A stretch of DNA of 48,896 nucleotides. Source: an uncultured Alphaproteobacteria bacterium (GTDB taxonomy: Bacteria; Pseudomonadota; Alphaproteobacteria; SHNJ01). The notes under the pieces were generated by a model, which was not told the DNA's origin, made no database searches, and saw only the letters and a program-made list of their open reading frames with translations. The translations under genes and the position numbers were made by a program. Below are positions 16,242 to 26,553 of this stretch, piece after piece (positions within the stretch are counted from its first letter, which is position 1; every line of letters begins with the position of its first letter). The stretch covers positions 1-48,896 of the forward strand of contig CAYRVJ010000001.1 in assembly GCA_964427785.1 (NCBI GenBank), in the 5' to 3' direction.

Positions 16242-17870
16242 TTAACCGCATCCCCCGCAACTGCCGCTTCCACATCCGCTTTTAGTAGCGGCGGCTTCTT
16301 CATAGAAGTCGCGTTCAAATATTGTATTGACGCGGTTGCTTTTCGTGCTTCCGCATTGGCCGCGCGATTGCTTAGGGTTTTCGAAAATATCGATAGCGCT
16401 ATTGCTATGGGAAGAGCAGCCATTGCCAAAGCTGAAACCACAACCTCCGCTTTCGCCAAAGGCATCCAGCGTTTCTTCGCGGTGCCCTGTGGGAATGACA
16501 TAGCGGTCTTCGTAATTGGCGATCGCCATGATTTTATACATGTCTTCCACTAAGGCTTCCGTTAACCCAACTTCATCAAGAAAAGCCGTATCAGGTTTGC
16601 CTTCAAACATTTTACTGCGCATGTACTGCCGCATGGCCATCATGCGCTTGAGTCCAAGGCGAATGGGAGCTTCTTTGCCGCCAGTCAGCATATTGGCCAA
16701 ATATTTGACCGGAATACGCATGTCATCCAGGTCCGGTATAATGCCATCGGCGCGCGTGGGAATCTTTCCCTGCGCGGCGGCGGATTGAATGGGAGATAGA
16801 GGCGGAATATACCAAACCATCGGCAGAGTACGGTATTCGGGATGTAACGGGAACGCTACCTTCCAATCCATCGCCATTTTATAAACTGGCGATTTTTGTG
16901 CGCCTTCAATCCAGTTTTCGGGAATGCCGTCGCGCCTGGCCTGCGCAATTACTTCAGGATCGTGCGGATCCAGGAAGATGTCTAGTTGAGCATCATAAAG
17001 ATCCTCTTCTTTTTCCACGCTGGCCGCCTTTTCAATACGGTCGGCGTCATATAAAATAACGCCAAGATAACGGATGCGGCCGACGCAGGTTTCGGAACAG
17101 ACTGTTGGTTCGCCGTTTTCTATTCGCGGGTAGCAAAAGGTGCATTTTTCGGCCTTGCCGGTTTTCCAGTTGTAATAGATTTTTTTGTAAGGGCAGCCGG
17201 AGATGCACATCCTCCAGCCCCGGCATTTATCCTGGTCTACAAGCACGATTCCGTCTTCTTCACGCTTATAGATAGAGCCGGATGGGCAAGACGCCACGCA
17301 GGTTGGGTTTAGGCAATGTTCGCATAGACGAGGCAGGTACATCATGAATGTATTTTCGAACTCTCCATACATTTCTTTTTCGATATCTTTGAAATTATAA
17401 TCTTTTTTCCGATGTTCGAATTCCGTACCAAGGATCTCTTCCCAGTTTGGTCCCCATTGCACTTTCTCCATCCGTTCGCCCGTGACGAGAGAGCGTGGCC
17501 GCGCCGTGGGTATGGTTTTCATTTCCGGCGCTTTCTGCAGATGGTCGTAATCAAACGTGAAAGGCTCGTAATAATCGTCTATCTCGGGCAGATTGGGATT
17601 GCCAAAGATATTGGCTAAGATCCGCCACCGGCTGCCTTGCTTGGGGTGTATCTTGCCGTTAGCGTGGCGTTCCCAGCCGCCTTTCCATTTCTTCTGGTTT
17701 TCCCATTCCTTCGGGTACCCGACGCCGGGTTTGGTTTCTACATTGTTGAACCAGACATATTCTACGCCTTCACGCGAGGTCCAGACATTCTTGCAGGTCA
17801 CAGAGCAAGTATGACAACCGATACATTTGTCGAGATTCAGCACCATTCCTATTTGTGCGCGTACTTTCAT
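16242..17870 (-). CDS. narH: Respiratory nitrate reductase beta (Fe-S) subunit with an extended Cys/Gly-rich C-terminus
   Basis: Four ferredoxin-type Cys groups (CIGCHTCSVTC, CEHCLNPTCVASC, CRGWRMCISGC, CTFC...). The conserved GCGFSFGNGC is present. About 30 extra residues end in SGCGSGSCGGCG. Confidence 0.95.
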   Translation of the reverse strand: MKVRAQIGMVLNLDKCIGCHTCSVTCKNVWTSREGVEYVWFNNVETKPGVGYPKEWENQKKWKGGWERHANGKIHPKQGSRWRILANIFGNPNLPEIDDYYEPFTFDYDHLQKAPEMKTIPTARPRSLVTGERMEKVQWGPNWEEILGTEFEHRKKDYNFKDIEKEMYGEFENTFMMYLPRLCEHCLNPTCVASCPSGSIYKREEDGIVLVDQDKCRGWRMCISGCPYKKIYYNWKTGKAEKCTFCYPRIENGEPTVCSETCVGRIRYLGVILYDADRIEKAASVEKEEDLYDAQLDIFLDPHDPEVIAQARRDGIPENWIEGAQKSPVYKMAMDWKVAFPLHPEYRTLPMVWYIPPLSPIQSAAAQGKIPTRADGIIPDLDDMRIPVKYLANMLTGGKEAPIRLGLKRMMAMRQYMRSKMFEGKPDTAFLDEVGLTEALVEDMYKIMAIANYEDRYVIPTGHREETLDAFGESGGCGFSFGNGCSSHSNSAIDIFENPKQSRGQCGSTKSNRVNTIFERDFYEEAAATKSGCGSGSCGGCG

Positions 17871-17871
17871 T

Positions 17872-20800
17872 TTATACTGCCGCCTCCATTTTCGCAGGCT
17901 CGTCCATCCAGTCGACCTTATCCAGTCTGCGAACGATCACGAATTCGTCGCGGTTTGATCCGACAGTGCCATAATAGTTAAAGCCATATGAGAGTTGCGC
18001 GTATCCGCCTATCATATGGGTTGGTTTTACAGTTGCTCTCGTGACAGAGTTATGGATGCCGCCTCTAGCATTGGTGATTTTGCTGCCTGGCGTATGAACC
18101 AATTTTTCCTGCGCATGATACATGAGCATCATGCCTTCATTGACACGTTGCGATACGACGGCGCGCGCGACGATGGCTCCATTCGTATTAAACACTTCCA
18201 GCCAGTCATTGTCTTTTATGTTGATCTTGCGGGCATCAACCTCGCTAACCCAGACGATGGGGCCACCCCGGGAAAGGGTGAGCATGTGCAGATTGTCTGT
18301 ATAAGTAGAATGAATGCCCCATTTCTGATGGGGAGTAATGAAATTCAGCAATATGGCCGGCGATTCCTTGCCATGTTTATCCAGCATCTGATGGACAGTG
18401 CGGGTGTTAATAGGGGGGCGATAGGAAACCAAAGCTTCGCCGAAATCGATCATCCAAGGATGGTCTTGATACAATTGCTGCCGGCCGGTAAGCGTACGCC
18501 ACGGGATGAATTCATGCACATTTGTGTATCCCGCATTGTAGCAAACATGCTCCGATTCTAGCCCGCTCCAAGTGGGAGAGCTTATAATTTTACGGGGCTG
18601 CGCTTGAATATCGCGGAAGCGGATTTTTTCTTCCTCTTTGGGACGGGCTAAATGCGTGTGGTCGCGTCCAGTAATTTTGCTTAAAGCGGCCCAAGCCTTG
18701 ACGGCGACTTCGCCATTTGTTTCCGGAGCTAGAGAAAGAACGGTTTCGCAAGCGTCAATATCGCTTTCGATTTTGGCGCGGCCCTGTTTCTCGCCATTGA
18801 GTTTTTTGAGGAAATCGATTTCATGGTCGGTATTCCAGCCAATGCCTTTGCCGCCATTGCCTAGTTTCTCCATAAGCGGCCCAAGCGTTGTGAAACGCTC
18901 GAAAGTAGCGGGATAATTCCGCTCAACTACCTTCATAACTGGAGCAGTTTTGCCTGGAATCAATCGGCATTCGCCTTTGCGCCATTCTTTGACATCCGGC
19001 TGCGATAGCTCTCCGGCGGTATCGTGCTGGATAGGATTCAAGACTATTTCTTTTTCTATGCCGAGGTGGCCTACGCATAATTCAGAGAATTTCTTGGCGA
19101 AACCTTTATAAATTTCCCAATCCGATTTACTTTGCCAAACGGGATCAATGGCTTTTGAAAGCGGATGGATAAAGGGATGCATATCTGACGTATTGAGATC
19201 GTTCTTTTCATACCAGCTCGCGGTTGGTAAAACGATGTCGGAATACAAGCAAGTTGTAGACATGCGGAAATCAAGCGTAACAACCAGATCCAATTTGCCT
19301 TCGGGAGCTTGGTCGCGCCAGACGGCTTCAGCGGAACGGCCTTTGCCTTCTTCTCCAAGATCCTTGCCTTGAACGCCGTGCTGCGTCCCCAGGAAATGTT
19401 TTAGAAAATATTCATGTCCTTTGCCGCTAGACCCAAGAATGTTGGAGCGCCAAACGAACATATTGCGCGGCCAGTTGGCAGGATTGTCCGGGTCTTCGCA
19501 AGACATGCGCAAATCCCCTTTACTCAAACGATCTACCACATGCTCTATCGGGTCGCGGCCAATGGTTTCAGCTTGTTTAACCAAATTGATCGGATTCTCC
19601 TCCAATTGCGGAGCGGACGGCAGCCATCCCATCCGTTCGGATCGGATATTGCAATCCAATAGCGTACCCGTCCATTTGCCGCGGTCGGCTAGAGGAGAAA
19701 GAATTTCATTCAGTTCTAGCGTTTCATAGCGCCACTGATCTGTATGGGCATAAAAGAAGGAAGTGGAATTTTGCTGGCGTGGTGGGCGGTTCCAATCCAG
19801 AGCAAAAGCCAAAGGCGCCCATCCCGTTTGCGGGCGCAATTTTTCCTGCCCAACATAATGCGACCAGCCGCCGCCGGATTGCCCTATGCAACCGCAGAAC
19901 ACCAGCATATTGATGCAGGCGCGGTAGTTCATATCCATATGGTACCAATGATTCATGGCCGCGCCGATGATGATCATCGATTTACCCTTGGTGACATCGG
20001 CGTTGCGTGCGAACGCGCGCGCTACCTGGATGACATTTTCGGCCGGTACGCCGGTAATGCTTTCTTGCCACTTTGGCGTATAGGGAATATCGTCCTGATA
20101 GCTGGAGGCCACATGATCGCCGCCAAGCCCCGCGCGCTCAATGCCATACTGCGCACATAAAAGGTCGAACACGCAAGCGACCGGCACTTTTTCGCCATTT
20201 AGGTCGATCATGCGCACAGGTATATTGCGCTCTAGAATGTCTTGATTTTCATTCGCGTTAAAATAGCCATGTTCGTGAATTTGGCTGCCAAAATAGGGAA
20301 AACCGACTTTAACAATATCGTCATGTGCGCCCAAAAGGGTTTTACGGGGACGAATAGAGTCGCCGCTTTGGGAGTCCGCCAGCGCAATATTCCACTTGCC
20401 TTCCTCGCCCCATCGAAAACCGATGGAGCCCGTAGGGACTGTAATTTTATCGGTTTTCTCGTCAAAACAAACGGTTTTCCATTCAGGATTGTTTTTTTCA
20501 TTTAAGTTATCCTTGAAGTCGGAGGCCCGTACCATGCGTCCTGGGACAAAACGTTCGTTACGTTTATCGAGTCTAACCAGAAATGGCATGTCGGAATAAG
20601 CGCGGCAGTAATCGTCGAAATATTTGGATGTATTTTCAAGATGAAATTCCTTGAGAATCACATGCCCCATCGCCATGCCGAGGGCAGCATCCGTTCCCTG
20701 GCGAGGATTTAGCCAAATATCTCCGAATTTCGATGCCTCTGAATAATCTGGCGTGATAGTTACAACTTGCGTTCCCTTGTAACGCGCTTCGGTCATGAAA

Positions 20801-21600
20801 TGCGCGTCAGGCGTGCGGGTTTGTGGGACATTCGATCCCCACATGATAATGAAACCTGAATTATACCAATCGGCGCTTTCAGGAACGTCCGTCTGTTCCC
20901 CCCATGTTTGCGGACTCGAAGGGGGGAGGTCGCAATACCAATCGTAAAAGCTCATACACACGCCGCCCAGCAAAGAAAGATAACGTGAGCCTGCCGCGTA
21001 AGAAATCATTGACATAGCAGGAATGGGGGAGAATCCAATCACCCTATCAGGTCCATAAGCCTTAATGGTATGAATATTGGCAGAAACTACAATTTCATTC
21101 GCTTCATCCCATCCAGCACGGACAAATCCGCCAAGGCCGCGAACTTTTTGGTAAGATTGCCGCAATACAGGGTCTGCCTGAATAGCCGCCCAAGCTTTAA
21201 CCGGGTCGCCGCCAACCTGCTTCTTGGTTTTACGCCATAAATCTAGAAGGCGCTTGCGCACCATTGGATATTTCAGGCGATTTGCCGAATAGATATACCA
21301 ACTATAGCTGGCGCCGCGCGCGCATCCGCGTGGCTCATGATTAGGAAGGTCAGGGCGCGTGCGCGGATAATCCGTCTGTTGCGTTTCCCAAGTGATGAGC
21401 CCGTTTTTAACGTAAATTTTCCAGGAGCAAGAGCCCGTGCAGTTAACTCCATGCGTAGAACGCACGATTTTATCATGCGCCCATCGGTCGCGATAAGCCT
21501 TTTCCCATTCGCGATTTTCTCCGGTCGCTATTCCATGACCGTTTGAAAAAGACTCTTTCTTTTGCGCGAAATAACTGATGCGATCTATAAAATAACTCAT
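17872..21600 (-). CDS. narG: Respiratory nitrate reductase alpha (Mo-bisMGD) subunit
   Basis: 1242 aa. The N-terminal HGVNCTGSCSWKIYVKNG is the NarG FS0 cluster motif, and the sequence looks NarG-like along its full length. Confidence 0.95.
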   Translation of the reverse strand: MSYFIDRISYFAQKKESFSNGHGIATGENREWEKAYRDRWAHDKIVRSTHGVNCTGSCSWKIYVKNGLITWETQQTDYPRTRPDLPNHEPRGCARGASYSWYIYSANRLKYPMVRKRLLDLWRKTKKQVGGDPVKAWAAIQADPVLRQSYQKVRGLGGFVRAGWDEANEIVVSANIHTIKAYGPDRVIGFSPIPAMSMISYAAGSRYLSLLGGVCMSFYDWYCDLPPSSPQTWGEQTDVPESADWYNSGFIIMWGSNVPQTRTPDAHFMTEARYKGTQVVTITPDYSEASKFGDIWLNPRQGTDAALGMAMGHVILKEFHLENTSKYFDDYCRAYSDMPFLVRLDKRNERFVPGRMVRASDFKDNLNEKNNPEWKTVCFDEKTDKITVPTGSIGFRWGEEGKWNIALADSQSGDSIRPRKTLLGAHDDIVKVGFPYFGSQIHEHGYFNANENQDILERNIPVRMIDLNGEKVPVACVFDLLCAQYGIERAGLGGDHVASSYQDDIPYTPKWQESITGVPAENVIQVARAFARNADVTKGKSMIIIGAAMNHWYHMDMNYRACINMLVFCGCIGQSGGGWSHYVGQEKLRPQTGWAPLAFALDWNRPPRQQNSTSFFYAHTDQWRYETLELNEILSPLADRGKWTGTLLDCNIRSERMGWLPSAPQLEENPINLVKQAETIGRDPIEHVVDRLSKGDLRMSCEDPDNPANWPRNMFVWRSNILGSSGKGHEYFLKHFLGTQHGVQGKDLGEEGKGRSAEAVWRDQAPEGKLDLVVTLDFRMSTTCLYSDIVLPTASWYEKNDLNTSDMHPFIHPLSKAIDPVWQSKSDWEIYKGFAKKFSELCVGHLGIEKEIVLNPIQHDTAGELSQPDVKEWRKGECRLIPGKTAPVMKVVERNYPATFERFTTLGPLMEKLGNGGKGIGWNTDHEIDFLKKLNGEKQGRAKIESDIDACETVLSLAPETNGEVAVKAWAALSKITGRDHTHLARPKEEEKIRFRDIQAQPRKIISSPTWSGLESEHVCYNAGYTNVHEFIPWRTLTGRQQLYQDHPWMIDFGEALVSYRPPINTRTVHQMLDKHGKESPAILLNFITPHQKWGIHSTYTDNLHMLTLSRGGPIVWVSEVDARKINIKDNDWLEVFNTNGAIVARAVVSQRVNEGMMLMYHAQEKLVHTPGSKITNARGGIHNSVTRATVKPTHMIGGYAQLSYGFNYYGTVGSNRDEFVIVRRLDKVDWMDEPAKMEAAV

Positions 21601-21652
21601 GCTTTTAAAGCCTCTTCGTATTGCACGTTTAGTTGTTTCAGCATATCTGGCC

Positions 21653-21666
21653 TTGATTCAGATCAA
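21653..21666. promoter_or_regulatory. FNR/CRP-family binding site (TTGAT-TCAG-ATCAA) upstream of narG
   Basis: Perfect palindrome centred ~59 nt upstream of the narG ATG, in the narK-narG intergenic region. Confidence 0.7.
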
Positions 21667-21678
21667 GAACTAGAGTTT

Positions 21679-24318
21679 TTAACATTTTATTTGGGCGTTT
21701 TTGCGCAGATAAAAGAACCATGTTAAGAAAAAGCAAAGTCCGTAAAATCCGGTGAATACCCATAGTGCGGCATCTGGCGAACCAGTTACAGTGATCGACG
21801 TTCCATAACTTTTCGGAATGAAAAAAGCGCCAAATGCGCCGATCGCTGAACTGAAGCCTATCACAGCGGCGGCTTCGCGTTCGGCTGCTTTGCGGATATC
21901 ATCCTCAGATTGACCAGCCAGGGCTTTTTTGCGATCCTGCCAGAAGATAGCGGGAATCATTTGGAAAGTAGAGGCGTTTCCAACGCCTGTTGCGGCGAAA
22001 AGCAGAATAAACATAGCGAAGAAACCATAAAAGGCGCCAGGCTGATCTTTTATTCCGAGAAAATACAGAACCCCTAGCGCGCCGAGTATCATCACGGCAA
22101 AAACCCAAAATGTGACGCGTCCACCGCCATATTTATCGGAAATCCATCCGCTGCCCGCGCGGGCCAATGCTCCAACTAATGGTCCTAAAAATGCCAGTTG
22201 CAATGAATCTACGCTGGGAAATTGGGATTTTGCCAGTAAAGGGAAGCCTGCAGAAAATCCAATGAAGGAGCCGAACGTGCCTATATACAATATGCACATG
22301 ATCCAATTATGCTTCCGTTGGAAAATTGCCAATTGCGAGGCAAGCGAGGCCTTGGCATCGGCAATGTCATTCATATAAAACCATGATAAAAGAGCTGACA
22401 TAGCAATAAAGGGAACCCATATAAAAGCCGCGTTTTGAACCCAGAGTTGTGTTCCCTCGGCGTTTTGCGCCGGGCCGGCTAGGCCGTCGAAAAGATTAAG
22501 GCCGATGACAATCGGCACAAGGAATTGCACCGCGCTTACGCCCAAATTACCTAGACCGGCATTCAGCGCTAGCGCGTTTCCTTTTTCTTTTTTAGGAAAG
22601 AAAAAAGCTATATTCGCCATGCTGGACGCAAAGTTTCCGCCGCCAAATCCGCAGAGCAGAGCTAAAATTAGGAATGCTGAATATGGCGTTTGCGGATCTT
22701 GAACAGCCATGCCGATTCCTATAGCGGGTATCAAAAGCGAGGCCGTGCTGATAGCGGTCCAGCGACGTCCGCCGAATATGGGCACCATAAAAGCATAAAA
22801 TATACGCAATGTTGCCCCGGAAAGACCGGGCAAGGCGGTTAGCCAGAAAAGCTGTTCTGTTGTGAAAGCAAAGCCGATCTTGGGAAGGTTGACCACAATA
22901 ACGCTCCAAACCATCCATAAGGCAAAGGCTAAAAACAATGCGGGGACGGAAAGCCATAAATTCCGTTGAGCGATTTTATATCCTTCAGACTGCCAAAAAG
23001 TTTGATCCTCCGGTTTCCAAACCTTTAGCACAGGCCCTTTCTCTAGTTCCGGGAAATAGGCTGGTTCGGCGATTTCAGGAAATTTTTGCCGCTCCCTTAG
23101 GCGTATAGAAACATGCATCCACAGGAATGCAGTCGCAACCAGAGCGAACATCAGCATAAAACAGCTTGTCCAGACATTCAGATAGTCGTTCATAAGGCCA
23201 AAGCTTAAAGGCAAAAAGAATCCTCCAAGCCCGCCAATCAAGCCCACAATCCCAGCCACGGAACCAACATCATTTGGATAATAAACTGGAATATGCTTAT
23301 AGATCGCCGCTTTACCCAACGACATGAAGAAGCCAAGCACGAATATAATCATGGTAAAAGAGACAAATCCCCACTCAAAACTGAAGGTAATGTTTCCTTT
23401 GATTCCGTGAACCACATAATCTGTTGAAGGGTATGACAACAGAAAGCAGCAAGCCGAACAAACAAAGAATGTCCAGTACATCACTGCTCTTGCTCCATAT
23501 TTATCGGATAGATAACCGCCCACAGCGCGAAACAACGAGCCCGCCACAGAAAATAACGCCGCTAGAACCCCCGCTGTTTTGATATCCATACCGTATACGC
23601 CCACATAATAATGAGGCAGCCATAAGGCTAACGCTACAAATCCGCCAAACACAAAAAAATAATAAAGCGAAAAACGCCACACCTGCAGCTTTTTGAGCGG
23701 CCTAAGAGCCTCTCGCATAGATTTCGGCGCAGTCATGGCGGCACGGCGCGCTTGGATTTGCGGTTCGTCTTTTGTAAAAATCCAAAATAAGGCTGTCATG
23801 ACAAGAAGAGCGATCGCCCATAATTGGGCAACCATATGCCAACCATAAGATATCATAACAAATGGAGCTACAAATTTGGTAACCGCGGCGCCGATATTGC
23901 CCATGCCATATATGCCCAGGGCTGTACCTTGATACGCCTTGTCATACCATTTGGACAAATAGGATATGCCGACAACAAAGCTTCCACCCGAGATGCCCAC
24001 ACCTAAGGCAGTCAAAAGCATCAGCTCGTAAGTGTCGGCATATGTCAAACACCAGGTAAAAAAAGCCGAAGAAAGCATAACAGCCATAAATATTGGTCGA
24101 CCTCCATACTGGTCTGCCCATATTCCAAAAAATAACCGGACAAGAGATCCGGTCAAAATCGGCGTTCCAATCAGTAGGCTGAATTGAGTATCGGTTAATC
24201 CCATATCTTCCTTGATTTGAACACCAATAATTGCAAAGATTGTCCAGACGGCAAAACAGACCGTGAATGCCAGAGTAGTCATAGAGAGTGCACTATTTTT
24301 ATCGGTTTTTGTTGTCAT
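21679..24318 (-). CDS. narK: Fused two-domain NarK nitrate/nitrite MFS transporter (NarK1-NarK2 type)
   Basis: 879 aa made of two tandem ~12-TM MFS modules. Each has NarK-like G-rich motifs (e.g. GGGNFASSMANIAFFFP in the second half). Such fusions are known in denitrifiers. Confidence 0.9.
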   Translation of the reverse strand: MTTKTDKNSALSMTTLAFTVCFAVWTIFAIIGVQIKEDMGLTDTQFSLLIGTPILTGSLVRLFFGIWADQYGGRPIFMAVMLSSAFFTWCLTYADTYELMLLTALGVGISGGSFVVGISYLSKWYDKAYQGTALGIYGMGNIGAAVTKFVAPFVMISYGWHMVAQLWAIALLVMTALFWIFTKDEPQIQARRAAMTAPKSMREALRPLKKLQVWRFSLYYFFVFGGFVALALWLPHYYVGVYGMDIKTAGVLAALFSVAGSLFRAVGGYLSDKYGARAVMYWTFFVCSACCFLLSYPSTDYVVHGIKGNITFSFEWGFVSFTMIIFVLGFFMSLGKAAIYKHIPVYYPNDVGSVAGIVGLIGGLGGFFLPLSFGLMNDYLNVWTSCFMLMFALVATAFLWMHVSIRLRERQKFPEIAEPAYFPELEKGPVLKVWKPEDQTFWQSEGYKIAQRNLWLSVPALFLAFALWMVWSVIVVNLPKIGFAFTTEQLFWLTALPGLSGATLRIFYAFMVPIFGGRRWTAISTASLLIPAIGIGMAVQDPQTPYSAFLILALLCGFGGGNFASSMANIAFFFPKKEKGNALALNAGLGNLGVSAVQFLVPIVIGLNLFDGLAGPAQNAEGTQLWVQNAAFIWVPFIAMSALLSWFYMNDIADAKASLASQLAIFQRKHNWIMCILYIGTFGSFIGFSAGFPLLAKSQFPSVDSLQLAFLGPLVGALARAGSGWISDKYGGGRVTFWVFAVMILGALGVLYFLGIKDQPGAFYGFFAMFILLFAATGVGNASTFQMIPAIFWQDRKKALAGQSEDDIRKAAEREAAAVIGFSSAIGAFGAFFIPKSYGTSITVTGSPDAALWVFTGFYGLCFFLTWFFYLRKNAQIKC

Positions 24319-24423
24319 TGGTTTTTCCGTCAGTTAATCCGGTTAAAAGCATTCTTTCTTAATAAAATGGTTTATTCTGCACAAATTTTCCTTTACTTTT
24401 GCACTGCAAAAACCGATTTGGAC

Positions 24424-24437
24424 TTGATTTAGATCAA
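24424..24437. promoter_or_regulatory. FNR/CRP-family binding site (TTGAT-TTAG-ATCAA) between narK and the divergent regulator gene
   Basis: Perfect palindrome ~110 nt upstream of the narK ATG and ~45 nt upstream of the ATG of the regulator at 24477. Confidence 0.7.
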
Positions 24438-24476
24438 GATGGGACTAAATTGGAAAAAACTTGTCAGATCATATAA

Positions 24477-25220
24477 ATGATTGCATTGCCGAAAATTTTA
24501 AGCGCTTCTAAAAAACCTCAGTTGTTCGACGGTTTGAGCGAAAGCAGTTTGCAGAAGCTTTTATCCTGTTCTGTTATACAAGAACATGAGGCGATGAAAA
24601 TTCTTGTTCAACAAGGAGACACGCCCGAAGGCATTTATTTAGTTATAGACGGCACTGCTAAAACATTTCGGCTAAATGAAGGGGGAGGAGAGGCTACAAT
24701 ACGGATGCTGGAATCCGGAGACACTTGTATGGAAGCGGTTCTCTTTATGGGAGGGCTTTCCCCGATCTTCGTACAAGCTCTAACAAAATGTAAGCTTCTT
24801 ATGATTCCAGATAGGATAGTAAAAAGTCATGTTTTGGCCGATTCTGGCTTCGCTGTAAATATTTTGCGGATTGTGACGCGGCATTACAAGAACGCAATGC
24901 ATCAAATCGACGCAATGAACATCAAGTCGCCGCTGCAGAGGGTCGGGTACTATTTTCTGAACAGACATCTGGAAGCAGGGCACGATAATCTGGAGTTTAC
25001 GCTGCCTTTTAAGAAGCATACGATCGCAAATCATCTCGGCATGACCCCGGAAACGTTTTCTCGGACATTAAGGCAGATGAAAGACATGGGAATCAGTATG
25101 GAGGATGATCTTATACGGATGAAAGACGCTTTTTGTCTTTGTCATTTCTGTGATTCAGATACGGCTTCTCTCTGCAACAAGGATAGTAAAGGAGATTGTG
25201 AAAGGTGCCCGCTGCATTAG
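24477..25220 (+). CDS. CRP/FNR-family regulator with a C-terminal cysteine cluster
   Basis: cNMP-like beta-roll and an HTH with TPETFSRTLRQM. The C-terminus CLCHFCDSDTASLCNKDSKGDCERCPLH carries seven Cys, while the N-terminus has no FNR-type cluster. Confidence 0.8.
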   Translation: MIALPKILSASKKPQLFDGLSESSLQKLLSCSVIQEHEAMKILVQQGDTPEGIYLVIDGTAKTFRLNEGGGEATIRMLESGDTCMEAVLFMGGLSPIFVQALTKCKLLMIPDRIVKSHVLADSGFAVNILRIVTRHYKNAMHQIDAMNIKSPLQRVGYYFLNRHLEAGHDNLEFTLPFKKHTIANHLGMTPETFSRTLRQMKDMGISMEDDLIRMKDAFCLCHFCDSDTASLCNKDSKGDCERCPLH

Positions 25221-26446
25221 TCGAAAAGAGCCGGGTAAACCTCGACAATATCGCCAGGTTTAACAGTTTCTTGTTTTTCTGGAATATGCGCCCAGCCATT
25301 CATGCATAGGAATGGACTTACCATGAAAGACTCCTGACCATCCAGGAAGATCAAATTTACACAGCCATCTTCGGAATATTCAAGCTTGCCTTTCAGTATC
25401 ATATGCAAGCCGGACTTTTTTGAGAAACTATTTTTAGCGCGTGCAAAAACTGGTTTCTCATTTTGTCTTTTTTGCATAATACGTAAGGCCTCAAGCACAA
25501 AAAAACGCAAACCTACGGCTGTTGCGACCGGATTTCCGGGCAGTCCAAAATAAAGGGCGCCCGAAGGCAGTCGGGCGAACAGATTTGGTTTTCCGGGTTT
25601 AAGCTTTATTTTATGATATAGTACCTTGGCGCCAAAGGACTCAAGCTCATCCTTAACAAAATCATAACTGCCAGCTGAGACCGCGCCAGAAGAAATGACG
25701 AGGTCATAATTTTCGGTTTCAGATGATTTCAATAGGCTTTTAAATTGTTCAGCATTGTCGCGTATGGCGGGACAAGTATGAACTTCCACGCCGCACTGCG
25801 TTAAGAAGGCATCCGCGTAGAATCTATTAGAGTTATAAATTTGTCCGCTTTCGAGAGGTTGGCTTAGATTGTCGATCAGTTCCGTTCCTGTTGTTATAAA
25901 TAAAACTTTAGGTCTTTTAAATACGCTCAATTTCGAAATCCCGAGGGTCGCAAGCGGCATAATACGGATAGATTTTATACTCTCGCCTTTCAATAAAACG
26001 GATGCGCCTTTCTTGAAATCTTCTCCAGCGCGGCGAATATGTTGCCCAAATTTTGGCGGATCATTAAATTTAATTTCATCTCCATCTATTATCGCATTTT
26101 CAATCGGAACTATGGCTTCGGTGCCTTCCGGCAGCATGGCTCCCGTCATAACATGCCAGCAGGTGTCAGTCTGTAATACAATTCCTTTGGAGTTCTCTCC
26201 CGCGGGTAGAATGCCCGCTTTCTTGAGCGTGATAGGTTGTTCCGGCTTAGCGTTTTGAAGATCGGTCATCTTCACTGCAAAACCATCCATGGCGCTATTA
26301 TCAAAGGGCTGAATATCCAAGGGCGACGCGATATCTTGCGCGCATACTCTCCCCAGGCAGTTTTCCAGAGAAAGGGTTTCCGTGCCCAGGCTTCTGTTGC
26401 TGGAGGCTTCTTGTATAATCTCGATGGCGGTTGCATAAGAAATCAT
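25217..26446 (-). CDS. moeA: Molybdopterin molybdenumtransferase
   Basis: 409 aa. SPLDIQPFDNSAMDGFAV and the later ISSGAVSAGSYDFVKD and PGNPVA motifs are typical of MoeA. Confidence 0.9.
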   Translation of the reverse strand: MISYATAIEIIQEASSNRSLGTETLSLENCLGRVCAQDIASPLDIQPFDNSAMDGFAVKMTDLQNAKPEQPITLKKAGILPAGENSKGIVLQTDTCWHVMTGAMLPEGTEAIVPIENAIIDGDEIKFNDPPKFGQHIRRAGEDFKKGASVLLKGESIKSIRIMPLATLGISKLSVFKRPKVLFITTGTELIDNLSQPLESGQIYNSNRFYADAFLTQCGVEVHTCPAIRDNAEQFKSLLKSSETENYDLVISSGAVSAGSYDFVKDELESFGAKVLYHKIKLKPGKPNLFARLPSGALYFGLPGNPVATAVGLRFFVLEALRIMQKRQNEKPVFARAKNSFSKKSGLHMILKGKLEYSEDGCVNLIFLDGQESFMVSPFLCMNGWAHIPEKQETVKPGDIVEVYPALFD

Positions 26447-26553
26447 AATTTACATGTACCAGTTTGTGCCCTTATCGCAAGCGACTTATTTCTTTGACTA
26501 CTAGTATATGCGCGAGGAAAGTTGAAGGAGTATTTTTACAAACCATGCATAGG

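Noticed and set aside
16076-16501. 141-aa version of the ORF between narH and narJ
   Set aside because: Its first 93 codons overlap the narH 3' end in another frame. Only the last 48 codons (ATG 16222 with an AAGAGG RBS) lie in the intergenic gap, so only the short form is reported.
16242-24318. Many 60-190-aa ORFs in other frames or on the opposite strand within narH, narG and narK (e.g. 17995-18561, 19744-20160, 22592-22957)
   Set aside because: All are nested in long genes with unmistakable family signatures. They have no motifs or RBS and look like frame shadows.
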